Shown here: piece by piece, positions 6,568 to 10,932 of the stretch
Layout of the letters: each line of letters starts with the position of its first letter
Position numbering within the stretch: position 1 is the first letter of the stretch
UHGV virus genome: UHGV-1694526
DNA from: a virus
Direction: 5' to 3' (one strand)
DNA length: 10,932 nt
Program-made: the position numbers and the translations under genes
Notes under the pieces: model-generated
Databases searched by the model: none
Seen by the model: only the letters and a program-made list of their open reading frames with translations
Told to the model about the DNA's origin: nothing

Positions 6568-8988
6568 ATGGCTTCCAAATCACTGGGCACGCTGACGATC
6601 GACCTGATTGCCAAAGTGGGCGGTTTTGTCTCAGGCCTCTCGCAGGCTGAGCGAGCTTCACAAAAATGGCGTAAGCAGGTAAAGGAGGATGCCGCTGCCG
6701 CTGCAGCTGCCATGACCGGATTCGCAACAGCAGTCGGGGCTGCAGCCATCGGAGCCGGAGTGGCGGGGTATAACCTGCTCAAAACCACTTCACGTCAGAT
6801 TACCGAATCAGACCGCTGGGCAAAGTCACTTAACATGTCCACGCAGTCCCTGTTAGCCTGGCAATATGCTGCAGAAAAAGCAGGTGTTTCCGGCGATCAG
6901 ATGGCCGATATCTTTAAAGATGTCGGAGACAAAATCGGTGATGCCGTTCTTAATAAATCTGGTGAGGCGGTCGGTGCGCTGGACGCTCTGGGTTTGTCGG
7001 CTAAGAAACTGGCCGGAGAATCTCCCGACAAGCAACTCCTGGCTATCAGCGACGCACTGGAGAAAGTTAAGTCCAACGCCGAGAAGACTACCATCCTGGA
7101 GAGTCTGGGTAATGACCTGTCAAAGATGCTGCCGCTCCTGGACAATGGCAGTGAAAAGCTGCGTCAGTATATGGATGCCGCGAAGAAGTTTGGTGTGGCG
7201 CCCGATGACGCAGATATTGAAAAGCTGGTCAGAGTCAACGCCCTGTTTGAGGATATGGAGACGCAGGTCAACGGCGTCAAAATTGAACTTGCTGCAGGGC
7301 TCGCCAGCGTAGATTTGAGTGGGCTCCAGAAGTCTATTGGAGATATGGGGGATGTATTTAAAGACCCGGCTGTTATTCAGGGTCTGACTGATCTGGTTGG
7401 TGGGGTAGTGGACCTTGCCACCTGGCTGGTAAGGGTAGGAGCCGAGGCCGGAAAGCTGATAGACCAGTACAAAGGTGGGAGTTCGGTCGGCCTGAATGCC
7501 TCCATTCCAGAAATTGAACGGCGCATCAAGAACCTGAATGCAGATCTCGATGATAAAGGCATACTGGCGAGTTTCAACAGAATAGGTATGGACGTATCCG
7601 GTAAGGAGGCCGAAAGGGCTGAGCTCCAGAGGCGACTGGCCTTTTTGAGAAACTCCCAATCTACTCTACCGGAAATAAAACTGCCCGAGCCAGTCAAAAC
7701 AAACTATACCCTTGGCGCCGGGGAAACAAACGGTAAGCCGCAAAAAAATACCTCTGGTCAGAAACTGGATTCAGCGTTTAAAAGCGCTGAGCGCAGTTAC
7801 ATGCGTCAGATTGAGCTGATCGATACCACCGGCAAAAAAACTGCTGTGGTGACCGAGCAGCAAAAACTGCAGTTCGATATAGCTGACGGCAAGTTGCAGG
7901 GGCTTAACGAAACCCAGAAGAAACGACTTGCGTCTCTGGCTCAGGAAGTTGATCGCCTTAATGCCGTCAAAAAAGCTAATGAAGAAAACGCGAAGGTAGC
8001 GGCGTTCGTGGCAAATCTGCAGGAGCAGAACGAGAATGCACGTGCAGATTTGGGCGTGGATATTCAGGGGGCCGGACTCGGTGACAAGCAGCGTGAAAGG
8101 CTGAGGGAAAGGCTGAGTATAGAGCGCAGTTATCTCGATCAGCAGCGCGATCTGCAAAAGCAGTATCAGTCAGGAGATATCAGCCAGACAGTTTATGACC
8201 GCGAAACCCAGGCATTAAAGGATGCGCAAGCTGAGAGGCTGGGCATCCAGGAGGATTATTACAGTCAAATTGATGCGCTGCAGTCTGACTGGGTGACTGG
8301 CGCCAGAGACGGTCTCGCTGACTGGGTAGATGATTCAACTAACTATGCGACGCTGGCGGCGGACGCTATGAAAAGCGCGCTTTCCGGTATCAGCAGCAAT
8401 ATCGTCGACATGCTCAACGGCAATAAAGCGAGCTGGAAAGACTGGGGTGTCAGTGTTCTGAAAATCATCGAACAGGTGATGGTTAACATGATGATCGCCA
8501 ATGCAGCCAGCTCGATAGGCTCATTGTTCGGTGGTGCCGCATCGTCTTCCGCCAGCAGCGGTACTGCGATTCAGTCCTACGGGGCGAGCCTGCAATTCAA
8601 CGCCAAAGGCGGCGTTTACTCTTCTGCCGATCTCAGTCAGTACAGTAACTCTGTCGTCAGCTCTCCAACACTGTTTGCCTTTGCCAAAGGGGCCGGATTG
8701 ATGGGGGAGGCTGGGCCGGAGGCTATTATGCCACTGACCCGCGCCGCTGACGGATCGCTGGGCGTGCGTGCTATGGGAATCTCAGGCTTAACACCGGGTG
8801 GTAGTAGTGCTCCTCAGGTCAGTATTCAGATTGATGGCAATGGGAATACCCAGACTCAGGCTAGCGGTGGATATGAGCAATTCGGGCGGGAGGTAGGTAG
8901 TTTTGTTGATCGGCGATACCGCGAGTTGATAGGCCGTGACCTTTCACCCGGTGGCGCGGTCTGGAATCTGGCAAAAGGAGGGCGGTGA
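6568..8988 (+). CDS. H: Tail tape measure protein (806 aa)
   Basis: Seen: very long ORF with GGAG SD, directly after the G/GT pair, with a helical K/E/Q-rich middle and a hydrophobic Gly/Ala/Ser-rich C-terminal region (LFAFAKGAGLMGEAGPEAIMPL...) resembling the lambda gpH C-terminus as I recall it. Confidence 0.9.
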   Translation: MASKSLGTLTIDLIAKVGGFVSGLSQAERASQKWRKQVKEDAAAAAAAMTGFATAVGAAAIGAGVAGYNLLKTTSRQITESDRWAKSLNMSTQSLLAWQYAAEKAGVSGDQMADIFKDVGDKIGDAVLNKSGEAVGALDALGLSAKKLAGESPDKQLLAISDALEKVKSNAEKTTILESLGNDLSKMLPLLDNGSEKLRQYMDAAKKFGVAPDDADIEKLVRVNALFEDMETQVNGVKIELAAGLASVDLSGLQKSIGDMGDVFKDPAVIQGLTDLVGGVVDLATWLVRVGAEAGKLIDQYKGGSSVGLNASIPEIERRIKNLNADLDDKGILASFNRIGMDVSGKEAERAELQRRLAFLRNSQSTLPEIKLPEPVKTNYTLGAGETNGKPQKNTSGQKLDSAFKSAERSYMRQIELIDTTGKKTAVVTEQQKLQFDIADGKLQGLNETQKKRLASLAQEVDRLNAVKKANEENAKVAAFVANLQEQNENARADLGVDIQGAGLGDKQRERLRERLSIERSYLDQQRDLQKQYQSGDISQTVYDRETQALKDAQAERLGIQEDYYSQIDALQSDWVTGARDGLADWVDDSTNYATLAADAMKSALSGISSNIVDMLNGNKASWKDWGVSVLKIIEQVMVNMMIANAASSIGSLFGGAASSSASSGTAIQSYGASLQFNAKGGVYSSADLSQYSNSVVSSPTLFAFAKGAGLMGEAGPEAIMPLTRAADGSLGVRAMGISGLTPGGSSAPQVSIQIDGNGNTQTQASGGYEQFGREVGSFVDRRYRELIGRDLSPGGAVWNLAKGGR

Positions 8989-9326
8989 TGGCTATAGAAA
9001 CATTCAGCTGGTGTCCGCGCCCGAACGCGGAGCAGGAAGTGACATTCCGACGGCGCACCGCGCAGTTCGGTGACGGATATCAGCAGGTTTCCGGCGACGG
9101 GATTAATCCCCGCTCGCAGAAATGGACTCTCCAGTTTACCGGTACCGAAACGTATATCGGGGCGATTAAAGACTTTCTCGATCGCCATGCGGGCGTGACG
9201 GCGTTTCAGTGGCGCCCGCCGCTTGAGCCTCTCGGGCTTTACCGCTGCGACACCTACACACCAACGCCACTTGGTGCCGGGTTATTTAATCTTTCTGCAA
9301 CTTTTGAACAGGCCTACAAACCATGA
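8988..9326 (+). CDS. M: Minor tail protein M (lambda gpM-like)
   Basis: Seen: 112-aa ORF from ATG 8988 with AAAGGAGGG SD, overlapping the tape measure stop (TGATG). Contains the FGDGYQQ and FQWRPP motifs and a FEQ C-terminus, matching lambda gpM as recalled. The ORF track begins at GTG 8985; ATG 8988 is preferred. Confidence 0.85.
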   Translation: MAIETFSWCPRPNAEQEVTFRRRTAQFGDGYQQVSGDGINPRSQKWTLQFTGTETYIGAIKDFLDRHAGVTAFQWRPPLEPLGLYRCDTYTPTPLGAGLFNLSATFEQAYKP

Positions 9327-10078
9327 GTCTTAACGCAGATTTTCAGAAGCTCGAACCTGGCGATGTGGTCAGGCTTTTCGAAGTGGATGGCACGGCATTT
9401 GGTACAGGTGATGTGCTGCGATTTCACAGCTACAGTCTTGCGCACTCTGAAGCCGAAATTATCGCTGCTGGCGGTGATGAAAATAAACTGCCAGCAAAAT
9501 CTATCTGGTGGCAGGGTGAGGAGTATAAAGCGTGGCCATGCCAGATTGAGGGGATCGAAGCTTCAACCTCGGGAAGTAGTGCCCAGCCAAAACTTTCGGT
9601 TGCTAACCTCGACAGTTCGATCACCGCGCTTTGCCTGGCTTACGACGATATGCTGCAGGCGAAGGTGACGATACATGACACCCTTGGTAAGTATCTCGAT
9701 GCGAGAAACTTCACCGGAGGCAATCCGACAGCCGATCCGACCCAGGAGAAGCTGAAGGTTTTCTACATCGATGCAAAGAGCAGTGAAACCAATGAAGTTG
9801 TTGAGTTCACACTATCCAGCCCTATGGATCTGCAGGGGCTGATGATACCTACCCGCCAGCTTCATTCCCTGTGTACCTGGTGCATCCGGAATAAATATCG
9901 TACCGGCGACGGATGCGACTATGCCGGCACCCGCTATTTCGATAAAAACAACAACCCGGTAAGCGATCCGTCGCTGGATGAATGCAATGGCACGCTGACG
10001 GCCTGCAAACTCCGATTCGGCGAAAATAACGAACTCTCGTTTGGTGGCTTCCCGGGCACGTCTTTGATCAGGAGTTGA
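9323..10078 (+). CDS. L: Minor tail protein L (lambda gpL-like) with a C-terminal cysteine cluster
   Basis: Seen: 251-aa ORF starting in an ATGA overlap with the M stop. C-terminal Cys pattern CTWC...GCDY...DECNG...TACK. Synteny M-L-K. Confidence 0.85.
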   Translation: MSLNADFQKLEPGDVVRLFEVDGTAFGTGDVLRFHSYSLAHSEAEIIAAGGDENKLPAKSIWWQGEEYKAWPCQIEGIEASTSGSSAQPKLSVANLDSSITALCLAYDDMLQAKVTIHDTLGKYLDARNFTGGNPTADPTQEKLKVFYIDAKSSETNEVVEFTLSSPMDLQGLMIPTRQLHSLCTWCIRNKYRTGDGCDYAGTRYFDKNNNPVSDPSLDECNGTLTACKLRFGENNELSFGGFPGTSLIRS

Positions 10079-10079
10079 T

Positions 10080-10790
10080 ATGCGTCAGAAAACCATCGAT
10101 GCGATTATGGCGCATGCTGCAGCTGAATATCCTCGTGAGTGTTGCGGCGTGGTGGCGCAAAAGAGCCGGGTAGAGAAATATTTTCCATGTAGTAACCTCG
10201 CTACCGAGCCGACAGAACATTTTCACCTGTCGCCAGAAGACTATGCAGCTGCTGAGGACTGGGGTACGGTGATCGCCATCGTTCACAGTCACCCTGACGC
10301 CACTACGCAGCCGAGCGAACTGGATAAAGCGCAATGCGACGCAACGCTTTTACCCTGGCATATTGTGAGCTGGCCGGAGGGGGATTTACGCACCATCCAG
10401 CCGCGCGGAGAACTGCCGCTGCTGGAGCGTCCGTTTGTGCTTGGACACTTCGACTGCTGGGGGCTGGTAATGAGCTATTTCCGGCAAACGCATGGTATCG
10501 AGCTCCACGATTACCGGGTGGATTATCCCTGGTGGGAAAACGACTATCCGGACAACTTCTATCAGGATTGCTGGTATGAGTGCGGATTCCGTGAATTCGA
10601 CGGGCCACCGAAACCCGGCGATATGGTGATCATGCAGGTCCAGGCTGATAAGTGGAATCACGCGGGAATCCTGCTGGAGGGCAATATGCTGCTGCACCAC
10701 CTGTATGGACATCTGAGCCAGCGTGTGCCGTATGGTGGCTACTGGCAGGAAAGGACGATGAAGGTTCTACGTTACAAATCTCTGTGCTAA
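10080..10790 (+). CDS. K: Tail assembly protein K (lambda gpK-like): N-terminal MPN/JAMM domain plus C-terminal NlpC/P60 domain
   Basis: Seen: 236-aa ORF with GGAG SD. JAMM motif H-S-H-x7-S-x2-D (HSHPDATTQPSELD) with upstream Glu (EYPRECCGVV); NlpC/P60-type Cys (HFDCWGLV) and His (WNHAGILL). Confidence 0.85.
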   Translation: MRQKTIDAIMAHAAAEYPRECCGVVAQKSRVEKYFPCSNLATEPTEHFHLSPEDYAAAEDWGTVIAIVHSHPDATTQPSELDKAQCDATLLPWHIVSWPEGDLRTIQPRGELPLLERPFVLGHFDCWGLVMSYFRQTHGIELHDYRVDYPWWENDYPDNFYQDCWYECGFREFDGPPKPGDMVIMQVQADKWNHAGILLEGNMLLHHLYGHLSQRVPYGGYWQERTMKVLRYKSLC

Positions 10791-10819
10791 CCTTTTGTAA
10801 AACCAAAGGGGATAGGGAT

Positions 10820-10932
10820 ATGAAAAGAATTTTAGTTTTTACCTCCATCTTAATGGTTGCCGGTTGTGCAACTAAGCCGGTGACAAATGAACAAGCACAG
10901 GATGTTCCTGCAAAACAGGTTATCAGCAATAC
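10820..10932 (+). CDS. Putative lipoprotein, 3'-partial (runs off the window end); likely accessory cargo gene (moron)
   Basis: Seen: ATG 10820 preceded by AAGGGG; N-terminus MKRILVFTSILMVAGCATKP has a basic n-region, hydrophobic h-region and lipobox V-A-G-C with Ala at +2. By hand count about 40% GC over 113 nt, visibly lower than the flanking structural genes. Confidence 0.5.
   Translation, partial: MKRILVFTSILMVAGCATKPVTNEQAQDVPAKQVISN

Noticed and set aside
6209-6788. Minus-strand ORFs 6209-6475 and 6519-6788
   Set aside because: Antisense to the T-frame coding region and the tape measure 5' end, which are better explained by the frameshift product and tape measure gene.
6866-7312. 148-aa plus-strand ORF in an alternative frame inside the tape measure gene
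   Set aside because: Trp/Arg/Cys-rich translation characteristic of an off-frame read of a GC-rich gene; no SD; fully embedded in the tape measure gene.
8091-8115. Short direct repeat GAAAGGCTGAG x2 inside the tape measure gene (encoding RERLRERL)
   Set aside because: Too short and consistent with ordinary coiled-coil heptad-like coding repetition in tape measure proteins.
7120-8157. Minus-strand ORFs (7120-7659, 7377-7697, 7771-8157) inside the tape measure gene
   Set aside because: All are antisense to the long tape measure ORF, with non-protein-like composition; shadow ORFs.
8985-8987. GTG at 8985 as the start of the M-like gene (ORF-track start)
   Set aside because: ATG 8988 sits 6 nt after a strong AAAGGAGGG SD and gives the conventional TGATG stop/start overlap; the GTG would place the start too close to the SD.
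10791-10809. Possible hairpin CCTTT...AAAGG between K and the lipoprotein gene
   Set aside because: AT-rich 5-bp stem with a long loop and no T tract; too weak to call a terminator.
10303-10929. Minus-strand ORFs 10303-10608, 10386-10712 and 10630-10929
   Set aside because: Antisense to the K-like gene and to the lipoprotein start; composition is not protein-like, and the last one would run through the K stop and intergenic SD region.

Overview
This 10.9-kb window is one contiguous, single-strand (+) late/morphogenesis operon of a tailed dsDNA phage, most likely a lambdoid prophage in an enterobacterial host (judged from gene content, order and codon style). Gene order is: portal (5' end cut by the window edge), ClpP-like prohead protease, HK97-fold major capsid protein, small head/neck proteins, a gp10-like gene and a tail-terminator-like gene, major tail protein, G/GT tail assembly chaperones with a lambda-identical GGGAAAG -1 slippery site, an 806-aa tape measure, lambda-like tail-tip proteins M, L and K, and finally the start of a low-GC lipoprotein gene that runs off the window end. 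I found no rRNA, tRNA, CRISPR array, transposon or integrase. I do not see a convincing novel multi-gene system here. The points most worth a second look are (i) the cargo-like lipoprotein inserted after K, (ii) an apparent frameshift splitting the gp10-like gene, (iii) ambiguous overlapping small ORFs at 3812-4070, and (iv) a repeat-containing small protein after the capsid gene. All family assignments come from reading the translated ORFs, recognisable motifs and synteny; no database search was run.
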